This document shows positions 23,092 to 34,439 of a stretch of DNA of 64,000 nt, piece by piece. The notes beneath the pieces were generated by a model, which was not told the origin of the DNA, did no database searches, and worked only from the letters and a program-made list of their open reading frames with translations. This DNA is from Camelus ferus (Eukaryota). The stretch lies in NCBI RefSeq assembly GCF_009834535.1, contig NC_045697.1:83392001-83456000 (forward strand). The letters run 5' to 3'. The position numbers and the translations under genes were made by a program. How positions within the stretch are numbered: position 1 is the first letter of the stretch; each line of letters opens with the position of its first letter.

Positions 23092-25954
23092 ATGAAGGCT
23101 TTTGATTGCAAATTAAGTTTCTTTAATCACTGTAAGACTCTTCAGATTTTATGTTTCTTCATAAGGTACTTTTGGTAAATTGTACTTTTTAAGGAATTTG
23201 TCTGTTTCATTTAAGCTTTCAACTGTATTGGCATAGAGTTATGAGAATTAACCCTTTATTTTCTTTTTAATGTTTATAGGATCTGTAGTGACATCCTCTT
23301 TTATTTGATATAAGTAATTTGTATATTCTTTTTTCTAAATCAATCTTGCTAGATCATCATTATTAATATTTTCAAAAAAAACGCCATGACTTTTAGCTTT
23401 GTTAATTTTCTGTTATTTGCCTATTTTATATTTCACTGATTCTTCTAATTTTTCTATTTCCTTATTATATTTATTTTGAGTTCAAGTTTCTCTTCTTTTT
23501 TAGTTTGTTAAAGTGAAAATTTTAAAATTTATTTTAAATGTTTCTTCTTTTCTAATATAGGTATTTAAAGACATAAATTTCACTCTAAGACGTATATTAG
23601 CTGAACATCACAAATTTTGATACGCTGTATTGTCATTTTCATTCAGTTCAACATATTTTCTCATTTCTCTTAGTATTTATTATTTGACCCATAAGTTACC
23701 AAGAAGCATGCTTTTTAATTTTCAAAAATTTGGGATTTTCTACATAACTTACTTTTTAATGCTTTAATTCAATTCTCTTGCAGTCCAAGAACAACTCTAA
23801 GAATTCAATGTTTTCAACTTTATTGAGACTTATTTCATGTCCCAACATATGTTATATCTTGTCGAGTGTTCAGTGTGTACTTGGAAAGAAATTAATTGAA
23901 AAGAATTATAATCCATAGTTATTGGATGTATTGTTATATAAATATTGATTTGGTGATAATGTTCTGTATATCTTTTATATTATTACTGTTTTTTCATTGA
24001 GATAATTGACATAAAATATCATATTAGTTTCAGGTGTACAACATAATGACAAGATATATACATACATACAGTGCTCATTGATGGTTTTGTATCTACCTGT
24101 TTTATGAAATACTGAAAGAAGGATGTTAAAAATCTAAAGCTGTGCTCGTGAAATTATCAATTTCTCCCATTAAACCTATCAATTTTTGCTTCAGGTATTT
24201 TCAAGTTCTGTTATTAGGTGCATACAGATTTATGATTATTATGTCTTCCTGATAAATTAATCCTTATGTTGAAGACTATCTTTTCTGAAACAAATATAGC
24301 TATATCAACCACTGTTTGTGTAATATATACTTTTTCATCCTTTTACTTTCAACTTTTCTGACTCTCTTTACAAAATGTGCCTTTCATGTAGTTAGTATTT
24401 AGTTGCGTCTTGTTTATCCAGTCTGACAATCATTGCCTTTCAATTGGCATGTTTAGATCAAATAAATATAATTATTGATACAGGTGCATTTAAATCTACC
24501 ATCTTGCAACTTTTTTTCTATTTTTTCCAAATTGTTTTCCCTCTATTGCTTTTTTTCCTGACTACATTAGGTTAATGAAACACATTCACATCTGATTTTA
24601 GTACTTTAGCCATATGTATTTTTACTATTTAATGTTCTTTATGTGTAACTATATGCATGCTATATTAATCAAAGTCTCTTTGCATTATTCCTTTATCACT
24701 TTGCATTTCCTGCTTTACAAATACAAACCCCTTATGCAGTATAATTCCATATACTGTCACTTCTTATTCTTTGATATATTGTTAACATTATCTACTACTA
24801 CATATATTATAAAACCCCCATACAATGTAATTATTTTTGCTCTAAGTTATCGGTTGCCTTTCCTGAAATGAAAAGAATAAATGCATTTTTTATATTTACT
24901 CACATATTACAATTTCTGGTGCTTCATTTCCATAGATCTGAACTGCCATCTCATGTCATTTCCCTTCAGCTGAATGAAAAACTAACTTCCCCTTACATTC
25001 CTTATAGTGCAAGTCTAATGGAATTGAATTCTCTCTGCTTTCATTTGTTTAAAAATGCCTTTATTTTACCTCAGTTTTGACAGATATTTTTGCTGGATAA
25101 AGAAATATGGATTGACAGAAATTTTTCAGAACTTTAAATAAATTTGTTCTATCATCTTCTCCTTCCATTGTTTCTGATGTGAAGTCAGATATCGTCTATG
25201 AAATTGTCCAAATGTATGTAATATTTTTCTCCTCTGGCTGCTCTCAAGATTTTCTCTTAATCTTTGGTTTTCTACAATTTTACCATGTTGTGCCTAGTCA
25301 TATTTATTCCATTTAGGATCTATAAGTTAATTTTTTTCCCCATCAAATTTAGGAAAATTTATACTATTACTTCCTCAAATATTTCCTCACTTTTCTTTGG
25401 ACTTTACCCATATGCTAGACTTTTGATAAGTTGCTGAGATCACTGAGGCTCTTTATTTTTCCTGAATCTTTTTTAGTCTGTGCTCTTCCAGTTGGATAAT
25501 TTTTATTGATCTATCTTTAAGTTAACTTACCTTTCCTCTGGCATCTCTAATCTGAGAAAAGGCCAGAACGCTTTTATTAGTTCCTAAAAGAAACACTTAT
25601 CTGATAGCTACAGGGCCAATATTTCTGAAAACCTGACCCAAAGTGTAAACCTATGGGTATCAGAACATCTATTTATGTACAATTGTAGCATACAATATTC
25701 CAAAGAGCAATCTGAGATGTGCTGACTCACACTCAGTAACTATTATGCTGTTCTGATTATTTCATGGGTGTAATTATTATCTCAATTGTTTAAAACTGTA
25801 AAATAAAATTATTAATATGTCCCTATTTGTAAAAATTCTCAAGTGTTTTCTTTGTTCATCTGTTATGCCTTTTTATGGCAGTTTGAAACTTGGATGACTA
25901 AATATGTGTTCGTTCAGAGTTCATAAGAAAATAACACAATTTCGAATTTTATAG

Positions 25955-26013
25955 GGTTGATTTTTCCCCTTATATCTTTGACTATTCTAAGATTCTAAGT
26001 GAAAGACTGACAG
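25955..26013 (+). CDS. Candidate coding exon B (VDFSPYIFDYSKILSERLT, phase 2-1); alternative acceptor at 25992
   Basis: ttttatag acceptor; CAG|gtaaaa donor; open in the frame that continues into exon C. Confidence 0.35.
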
Positions 26014-26135
26014 GTAAAATTGGAGCCTTTTGTGGTCTACCCTAAAGGCTTTTTTGTATACTTTGGCAAAATTGAGAAAGCGAATGACTCTAATGACTAG
26101 GTTACACGTTCTTTTGCAAAACCTGTGATTTCCAG

Positions 26136-26180
26136 TTCTTTGTTTCAACAAAATGAAAGAGAACCTAGTCAAATCATCAG
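26136..26180 (+). CDS. Candidate coding exon C (LCFNKMKENLVKSS, 45 nt, phase 1-1)
   Basis: gatttccag acceptor; CAG|gtagga donor; 122-nt intron from exon B. Confidence 0.4.
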
Positions 26181-26596
26181 GTAGGAAAGTATGAAAAGTA
26201 GTTTATAGATCACTCGGTGATATTTGGTATTTAATTAGGAAGGACTGAAAAGAGTTGAATGACATTGCTAATACGAGGCTCCTTAAAATGCCATATTCTC
26301 CCTTACCGTAATAAGGAATCCAAATATTTCATTTAAATTCACAGACATATTTTATGTCAGTGAAGTATGAAAGAATTACAAATAAAACACAGTAAAGTTA
26401 TCCAGAAGTGAAATGGAAATACTATTTTAAAGAAAAAGAAAAAGGAATGACAACATTTCTGACTATTGAAGAGTTTGTTCATGTGATTTACAAATGGATG
26501 AAGATGGTGGAAAATCACAATGTTATTTAGATAACATTAGATACATTTAAAAGTTGAGGCTACAGATTTATTTTAATGCTAAAGTCACAATATACC

Positions 26597-27560
26597 TGTA
26601 TGCCAGTTATCAATCTATGGCCTCTCAGCTCTGGGATTATCTGCTCTGGGATAATAGACCTATAGATCTTATAAGCGTCCTTCTTTTGCAACAAGCACAT
26701 TAGGCTTTATCATTAGAGGGAGCAGGAGGAAGACTGCACAAGAAAGAGGCTCTTTCCAATCCCAGTGTGCTGCTATTTAGGGGGTTTTCTTGCACCTCCT
26801 TTAAAGTTGACATTATGTCATTATGTACAAAGACATTCAATGTCTCTCTGCTCCAATTGCATGCCCATCGTGTGACCATTTCATTGAGCCCCTTCTGACA
26901 TGAACACTGCACCTGCCTGCTTTTGTGCTGCTCTGCCAGCAGGCCAGCTTCTGATGCCATGATTCCCTCTGCATCCACCTGCCAGCACTCAGGTCCTACC
27001 AAGCAAGATTTCTCCAGTGCTGGGTCTTGCAGGGTGCAGCTCTCTCTACTTCTGCCCCTTGCAGAGTACCTTGTGTCCAATGCCAAGTTCCTGCAGAACA
27101 CTATTTTTCAAGCTCTGGGCACCTGCAAGGTGTGTAACTTTCATCAGCACCCAGTTTCCACAGAGAACAATTTTTCCAACTCCATGCAGCATGCAGTGGC
27201 CACCCATGAGTGGCTTCCGATGGCATCTCCTCCAATGATTTTATAGCAGGTCGTGAGACATAGCACAGCCCTGCAAATGACTTCCACAGAACTCTGACTC
27301 CAGCAAGTCTCACTGGTGCAGAGCCTCATTGATTTCTCCATCACTCAGTGAGCCCAGCCCTGCCCTCTCCAAGGAGGTCTGGTTCTCAGTCTAAAGAAGG
27401 GAGTGAGGTGAGGGGTAGTAGAAGGTTGCTGGATGACTCTATCTCAGCCCAGAGATAGGAGCTAATGTGCTTTATAACTGATATTCATTCACTTCTGATT
27501 TTTTCACTTCTTATTGGCCACTTCTCCATTATTCCAAATCCTGTTATAGTTAACTGTTCT
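26597..27560 (+). mobile_element. ERVL solo LTR, LTR41-like
   Basis: Starts tgtatgccagttatcaatctatggcctctcagctc; internal degenerate ccctgca.../ccagcac repeats; explains the cluster of ORFs at 26700-27344. Confidence 0.7.
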
Positions 27561-27987
27561 TTTTTTGTTTGTTTCTAGAGTTAAATTATTATTCATATTA
27601 GGCATTTTTATTTTAAAAATTATGGCCTTTGCATTTCATTTCATATTTTTATTTTTCATGATTATTTAAATATAATCCTATTAAATGGACATGATTTATC
27701 AGTATATATTTTACCAGCAAATAGATAAATGCTCTACTTCCTGATCTTGGGTCTGTCAAATTCATCTTCATTTTGTGTTTGCAGTGGATGACAAGTCAAC
27801 TGGTGATGGGAATGTTGGGTTATATTTATTTCTTTTTTATACATTGTAGAGGTGTCTCTGTTGTCATCTGTCACCTAAAATTGCTGAGAACTCTAACGTC
27901 ATCTTACTTTTTGCATGTGACCTTCTGCTTCTTTTCCCTGGATGCTTGCAAGCTTTCTTCTTTAAACTTGAAAAATCAATGAGTTTA

Positions 27988-28699
27988 TTTTATACATAGC
28001 AGTTTGTATCTTTTAATCCCATACCCCTATTTTGCCCCTCGCCACTCCCCTCTCCTTCTTGGTACCACTAGTTTGTTTTCTATATCTGAGGGTCTGTTTC
28101 TGTTTTGCTAATATTCCATTGTGTGTATATATATATGTGTGTATATATGCATGTATAATAGTGCTGCAAAGATATATGGTACAGCACAAGTAATTATAGC
28201 GATTATTTTGTAATAACTTTTAAAGGAGTACAATCTATAAGAATACTGAATCACTATACTGTACACCTGAAACTAATATAATATTATAAATCAACTATAC
28301 TTCTGTTTTTAAAAAATTTTTTTAATTATTTGCTTAGCTACAAAATACCTGACCAGTACTCCTCAAAACTGTCAAAGTCATCTAAAATAAGGGAGGATTG
28401 AGAAACCAACACAGCCTAGAGGAGCTTTTATAAATGTGACAACGAAATAAAATATGGTACCCTGGATGGGATCTTGGAACAGAAAAAGGACAGCAGCTAA
28501 AACCTAAGAAAATATAAATAAAGTTTGGACTTTAGTTAATAACAGTATATCAGTGTCAGTTCATTAATTGTAACAAATGTACCATATAAGTATAGAATGG
28601 GAGAGGGCAGTTATACGGGAACTCAGTGTACTATACTCTCAATTTTTCTGTAAACTGAAAACTGTTCTTAAAAAAAGCGAATTTAAAAAAAAAAAATTT
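27988..28699 (+). mobile_element. Composite L1 insertion: 5'-inverted younger L1 3' end (27988-28316) plus old L1MC-type 3' UTR (28335-28684) plus poly(A)
   Basis: 15-bp TSD aaatcaat(g/t)agttta at 27973-27987 and 28700-28714; A tail at 28685-28696. Confidence 0.75.
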
Positions 28700-28824
28700 A
28701 AATCAATTAGTTTACCAGAAAATGTCTCTCTTCTTTTTATACTTAATATTTTTGAGTCACTGAAATACAGTGAGTGTTTTGAATCTGCCTATTCAGTTTA
28801 TCTTTCATTATGGGAAATATTCTT

Positions 28825-30365
28825 TTTGTTTTTATTGTGACTAAGAACACTTAACATGAGCTCTACCTTCTCAACAGATTTTTAGGTGCACAGTACAGCA
28901 TTATTATCTTAAGCACAGTGTTGTACAGTAGACCTTTAGAAAACACTCATCTTGCACAGCTGAACTTTTATACCAGCTGATTAGCAATTCCTATTTCTCC
29001 CTCCCTCCAACCCCTGGCAACCACCATTTTACTCTGTTTCTATGAATTTGACTATTTTAGATCTTATATAAGTGGAATCATGCAGTCATTGTCCTGTGAC
29101 TAGCTTATTTCACTCAAAATAGTGTCGCCAAGATTCATATGCATTATTGTATATGACAGGATTTCCTTCTTTTAAAAGCTGAATAGTATTTCATTGTATG
29201 TGTATATCACATTTTTAACCCATTCATCTTTCAATTAATATTTAGGTTGTTTCTATATCTTGGCTATCATGAATAATGCTGCAGTCAACATGGGAGTGCT
29301 AATATCTACTCAGGATTCTGATTTCAATTCTTTTAGATAAATTCCTAGATGTAGGTTTGCTGAGTCATGTGGCAGATCCATTTTTATTTTTTTGAGGATC
29401 TCCATACTGTTTTCCACAGCAGCTGCACCATTTTGCATTCCCACTAACAGTGCACAAGGGTTTCAATTTCTCTATATTCTCACCAGCACTTGCCTTTTGT
29501 TTTTGCTTTTCATCCCATTCACAATAACATCAAAAATAAGAAAACACTTAGGAATAAACTTAACTAACAAAATGAAAAACTTGTTCACTGAAAAGTACAA
29601 AACATTGATGAGATAAATTAAAGAATATAAAAATAACTGGAAAGATATCTCATGTTCATGGATTGGAAGAATTAATATTGTTAAAATGTCCATACTACCC
29701 AAAGCTATGGACAGATTGAATGCAAATCCTATCAAAATCCCAATGGCATTTTTTACAGAAATAGAAAAAACAATTCTAAAATTCAGGTGGAACCACAAAA
29801 GACTCTGAATCACCAGAACAATCTTGAAAAAGAAGAATCAAGCTGTAGGCATCACACTTCCTGAATTCTAAATATACGACAAAGTTATAGTAATCAAAAT
29901 AGTATGGTACTGGCATAAACAGTCATATAGACCAATGGAAGAGAATAGAGAGCCCAGATATAAACCCACACATGTGTGATCAACAGGTCTTTGACAAGGG
30001 TGCCAAGACTATACAATGGGGAAATGACAGTGACTTCAACAAAGGGTGTTGGAAAAACTGGGTAGCCACATGCAAAAGAAAGACATTGGACTCTTATGCC
30101 ATACACAAAAATCAATTCAAAATAGATTTAAACCTGAAAATATAAAACTCCTAGAAGAAAATATAGTAGACAGCTTTATGGGATTGGTATTGACAAGTAT
30201 TTCATGGCTATGACCTCAAAAACAGGCAACAAAACCAAAAAAAAAAAAAAAAAAAAAAAAAAAAGACAAGTTGCATCATACCAAACTAAAAATCTTTTTG
30301 CACAGTAAAGGAAACAATCAATAGAGTGAAAGACAACCTATGGAATGGGAGAAAATATTTACAAA
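28825..30365 (-). mobile_element. L1MA9-like element with 5' inversion (3' UTR on minus 28825-29505; ORF2 on plus 29510-30365)
   Basis: Abrupt T-rich to A-rich switch at about 29507; plus segment reads IPFTITSKIRKHLGINLTNKMKNLFTEKYKTLMR (L1 ORF2). Confidence 0.85.
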
Positions 30366-30409
30366 TTAGCAAAATGTTTAAAATGATTAATCTATTGCTC
30401 CACTCTCTG

Positions 30410-30552
30410 ATATAACAGACACTAGCCACATGTGACCATTGAATTTTAAATTTAGCTGCATTAAAATGAAATAAAATTTAAAATGCAATTCCCTAGTCAC
30501 TCCAGCCACATCCCAAGTGTTCAGTAGCCATACATTCTATTGTACAGCACTG
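30410..30552. mobile_element. hAT-Charlie MITE (MER33/MER3-like) fragment
   Basis: cactagccacatgtgaccattg...ccagccacatcccaagtgttcagtagcca...acagcactg. Confidence 0.7.
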
Positions 30553-30879
30553 TATGCATACAGTAGACAAAGAGAGTGTTAGTCATGTATTAATCACTTC
30601 ATATTTGTTAAATTGATTAAGACAGGTGCTCTTTCCTAGGAAAAAAGGATCAAACTTTGTTGTGTTTTGATATGTCTAAGTGTAGAAAGTTTATGATCGC
30701 TTATACAAACTTGGCTAACAGTTCACAAATTTTGAAAATTAGAATTTTTTTTTGGTTGTTCCTTTTGAAAAGTGTTAGTTTTTTGCATAAGATTTCACTG
30801 ACTGGAGCTGAAGAAGGCACTAGTATACCTTATGAACAGAAAGTTTAGACTTCCATGGTAATTGTCTCTTTTGCTTTGC

Positions 30880-31735
30880 TGTTTCTTCCTCTAGTCACAC
30901 TTGGAGCCACTGTTCTACAACCACACTCAGGGGTAGCTCTGAACGGCAGTGGAGGAAAACTCTGGGCCACCTGGGCAATCAAGAACTTGGAGAAAAAAAT
31001 CAGAAAATTTGTGACAAGGATGTCTGGGGAAAGTTATGTGTATGGGTAGAATGATTTCAAAATGCAAACAGCATGTGACATGTGAACGCCACTGTAGGTA
31101 CATCAATGCAGAGTAGGCTCTCAGTGACAGGGGCACAATACGACCCATCCTAAAGATGTCAGTTTTCTTCCTCAGCACTTCCTCTCCTTATTCAGTGGGC
31201 CTTCACGTGACTTGATCAAGTTATGAGGATGGAGGCCATACGTGAGTTCAGCTACATGATACCATCACTGCTGTCTGCCCACCCTGCAAATGGTAGAGGC
31301 CAGGCCAGTGCTGAGCCCCTGAAATGTCAATATCTCTGGCAGAACCAGCCAGTTACCATGTGTTAGGTTGACTGATTACACTGACCCTTCCCAGAGGATG
31401 CAGTGCTGCATCCTCACAGGAATACATACATTTTCTGGGCAAAGATTGTCTTCTCTGCCCATAGTACTTCTGCCAGGACCACTATTTGTGGATTTTCAGT
31501 AGCAGAAAAGCTGGATTTTATCCACCCCTATCCATGACAGGTTGAAGGCTTCTCCCAGGAGCACTTACTGCCTGGCACCCTGGCTTTCCCTGTTTGGGGA
31601 ACCAAGATGACTTCTGCAAACAGAAAGTCCTCTGGATGAGAGTGGCAGCTGTTTGCAGTAAGAAGACACTAACATGCCCAGAAATGGTAAATGCCTAAGA
31701 GATAATGAGCAAGGCAGTACCAGTGTCTTTCAGAC
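30880..31735 (+). mobile_element. ERVL internal fragment (RNaseH-integrase) followed by a partial antisense LTR33-like piece
   Basis: Collinear with 11990-12730 (ctacaaccacactcaggggtagctctgaa; aggttgactgattacactgaccc; ctcacaggaatacatacattttctgg). Confidence 0.65.
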
Positions 31736-32480
31736 ATTAAGACCATTTTCTAACACTTTAGTTTTGCGGTGATGTGGATTGTGAGAATTGTAAGAGTCTT
31801 CAGAAAGTTAAAGAAATGAAAAAAATTAGAACCATTGATGCTGTTGTAAAAGAGATGTAATCAAGTGATTTTAAAACCTGTAATTTTTAGAAACTGTTCT
31901 ATATCTGGGGTAGCCTCAATATCAGCAAGCAAAACTGAAATAAAAGATCTGGATTTCAACTGAATAAAGGAAGTGCACTAAAGATTTATTATTTTATGGT
32001 CCTAACAGTTTATTTTGTATTTGATATTGGGTATCTTTATTTGGTTTGGTTTGGTAGTTTTTTCCTGGGTTTTTTTTTCCCTGTTTGGAAGGAATTAGGT
32101 ATCTGGAGTCTGCCTTCACCTATAAAGTGGGGCTTTAGGAGACAAATTATTTGATCTCTAAGATCTCTTCCAGATGTTATAGTTTATATAAACAGAATAA
32201 AAAATAGATAGTATTAGAAATTATGAATAAACAGGACAAACAATTGTCACGTAATCAGAGATACTCAAGTTGTATCATATTGTGTGTGAAAACTCAAACT
32301 GGTTTAAAAGTATTCACAAAATAGTCAACAAAACATTGTAACATTAGAGCCTAAAAATATTTTCCCAAGGTTTTAAATTTTTTGGAAAACAATTTCAGAG
32401 GAAAAAGAATAACAAAAAGACTATTACTATTAATGAAGAAGGAATGACAATAAAGGAGAACCATAAATGTTTCTTCCTAG

Positions 32481-32531
32481 AAACAAATTCCACACATGTA
32501 TCCATAATGGAACCTGAGACAAAGGAGAATG
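32481..32531 (+). CDS. Candidate coding exon D (ETNSTHVSIMEPETKEN, 51 nt, phase 1-1)
   Basis: tgtttcttcctag acceptor; ATG|gtgagt strong donor. Confidence 0.45.
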
Positions 32532-32604
32532 GTGAGTCCCTGATGATCTCTTCGATCCTAAATTCCAAAGTCGATATTGCCAGCATTCAGTATCTCTTTT
32601 TCAG

Positions 32605-32624
32605 CTAATACTTCAAGGAGCTGA
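32605..32624 (+). CDS. Candidate terminal coding exon E (ANTSRS-stop)
   Basis: tatctctttttcag acceptor after a 73-nt GT-AG intron; TGA at 32622-32624; AATAAA at 33344. Confidence 0.4.
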
Positions 32625-33396
32625 ATACATTCCGTTCTCGCTGAGAAGTCCCCTCCAAAGAAAGGCTGGGGTCCGAGTGAGAGCGAACCTCCTGGTGTGG
32701 TGAAGAGCGCAGCCAGTGGACGTAGGAGGCGTGAAGTCTGGTTCTGGTTCTACATTTCATAATCTTCATCCTCCTGGGTCTCTTCTTCACTAATACAATG
32801 GACATAATACCACTTACCACATAGCACTCGTGTGACTGTCAAAAGAGACAGTGTGTGTGAAAGCACCTTGAGAGCTGCACTGTGACCTGTCATTTCAATC
32901 ATGCGTAAGCCCGTGGGTCAGGACTGTCCTGCTTAGTCCTAGAGACTACGTAGTCAGCAGGAGTAACATGGAAATCTGCAGAACTGACCCTTGTTTGGTT
33001 GATAATAATCTCTCCATTCCCAGCCTAAATTTTACAGCAAAATAATAGTTCCAGAAGAAAACTGATTTTTCAGTCTTCAGAGTCAAGAACTCAATAGATT
33101 TGTTGCAGTTTTCCCAGTGTCTTAGTGTGCTTATTAGTAGTGCCCCCTTTGTTATCAAAGGTGTCCTATTTAGCCTATAAATTACAGATCACTACAGAGT
33201 GCTAGTAAGTCCTAAATGTAAAGCATTGTCCCTGCAGCAGGTTCATACAGTCATTAGTCAGAAACTATGCAATGTTCTGGGTACGTGAGTTGCCACCAAC
33301 CCTCTGTCTCTCCCAACTCCTTGCTGGAGTGATTGATGCAACTAATAAAATAACAAGCTAACCATTGGATTCATTTCTAGAAAAGTTTGAACACTA

Positions 33397-33822
33397 TGAT
33401 TAAGGTGTCTCACTGGACTAAAAGTCCAATTTATTCTCCTTCCATAGAAATAGGGTTTAGCTATTTCAAGGCTGTCTACTAGGGAATATACCTCCTCACA
33501 TTCTCTGTGCCACATGTTGCCATTGGCTGAGTTCTTACTGATGAATGTGTATAGGGTGATGTGTGGCACTTCCAGGCCTGGCTTAAAATCATGCACGTAC
33601 CCTAAGCTTTTCCCTTTCCCACAGGTACAGTTCATGGTAACTTGCCTTTGGTCATTCGGATGACAATCACCTGAGGGGAGGAAGCATCTGCAGAGTAAAG
33701 CAGAGCTGACAGTTGCCCTCAGTCACTCATCACAGTTGTGTGAGAGAGAAATAAACTCGTTTTTTAGGCTGTTCTGGGTTTTGATCTTTTTGTTACAATA
33801 CCCCCACTTCACCCTAACACAG
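33397..33822 (+). mobile_element. Old MaLR LTR (MLT1I/J-like)
   Basis: gtgatgtgtggcacttccaggcctggc; gtgtgagagagaaataaac; tttgttaca...ctaacaca. Confidence 0.7.
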
Positions 33823-34153
33823 ACAGCTTTGAGCCTGGACATCTTTGGGAATTAAGGGCCGTGCTACGGCAGGAGAAGGAGTAGCCCAGATGACGGAGAA
33901 TGGGAAGAGACTTGCCTGCTGAGCAGATGTGCAGAAAGACAACCTGGGGCCAGCTGGCTGGCCTGAGTACCTCCCTCACTGGCCCTGTCCATTTGCTGTG
34001 TCCTGCTTCTCCCTCACACTAGCGGCACAGTCAAGAGATAACAGTGTGGTGCCTAGGAGAGCCCCAGCTCACCTTTACTTGAAAACAGAGTTCATCCCAA
34101 AATAACTGAAAAGAAATATCTCAGATTGCCTGCTGGTCATTCACACACACTAT

Positions 34154-34209
34154 CACCACCACCACCACCACCACCACCACCACCACCACCACCACCAACA
34201 ACAACAACA
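34154..34209. repeat. Compound microsatellite (CAC)~14(CAA)~4
   Basis: Directly visible. Confidence 0.95.
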
Positions 34210-34341
34210 GTTCAGCTCCATCTTTCCCATCTTTCACTGCCTTTTGTCCCCTACTACCGAAGGGGCTGAACACACTGACTCGCATGGTTATTGAAGGGTC
34301 ACATTACATCCTGACAAACAAGTAAATAAAAACCACAAACT

Positions 34342-34432
34342 GGCAGTTGGTATAGCTCAGTTGGTAGAGCATATGCTTAGCATGCATGAGATCCTGGGTT
34401 CAATCCCCAATTCCTCCCTTTAAAAAAAAAAA
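34342..34432 (+). mobile_element. tRNA-derived SINE (Vic-1-like)
   Basis: ggtatagctcagttggtagagcatatgcttagcatgcatgagatcctgggttcaatcccc plus A11 tail. Confidence 0.9.
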
Positions 34433-34439
34433 CTTTAAA

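Larger units (their letters stand above)
20410..25555 (-). mobile_element. Long old L1 (L1MB/L1MC-like): 3' UTR, ORF2 (RT and endonuclease) and ORF1 remnants
   Basis: ORF 21896..22117 contains NGEILSALPL...IETGKEEVKLTLFA (L1 RT); T-rich plus strand for about 5 kb. Confidence 0.9.
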
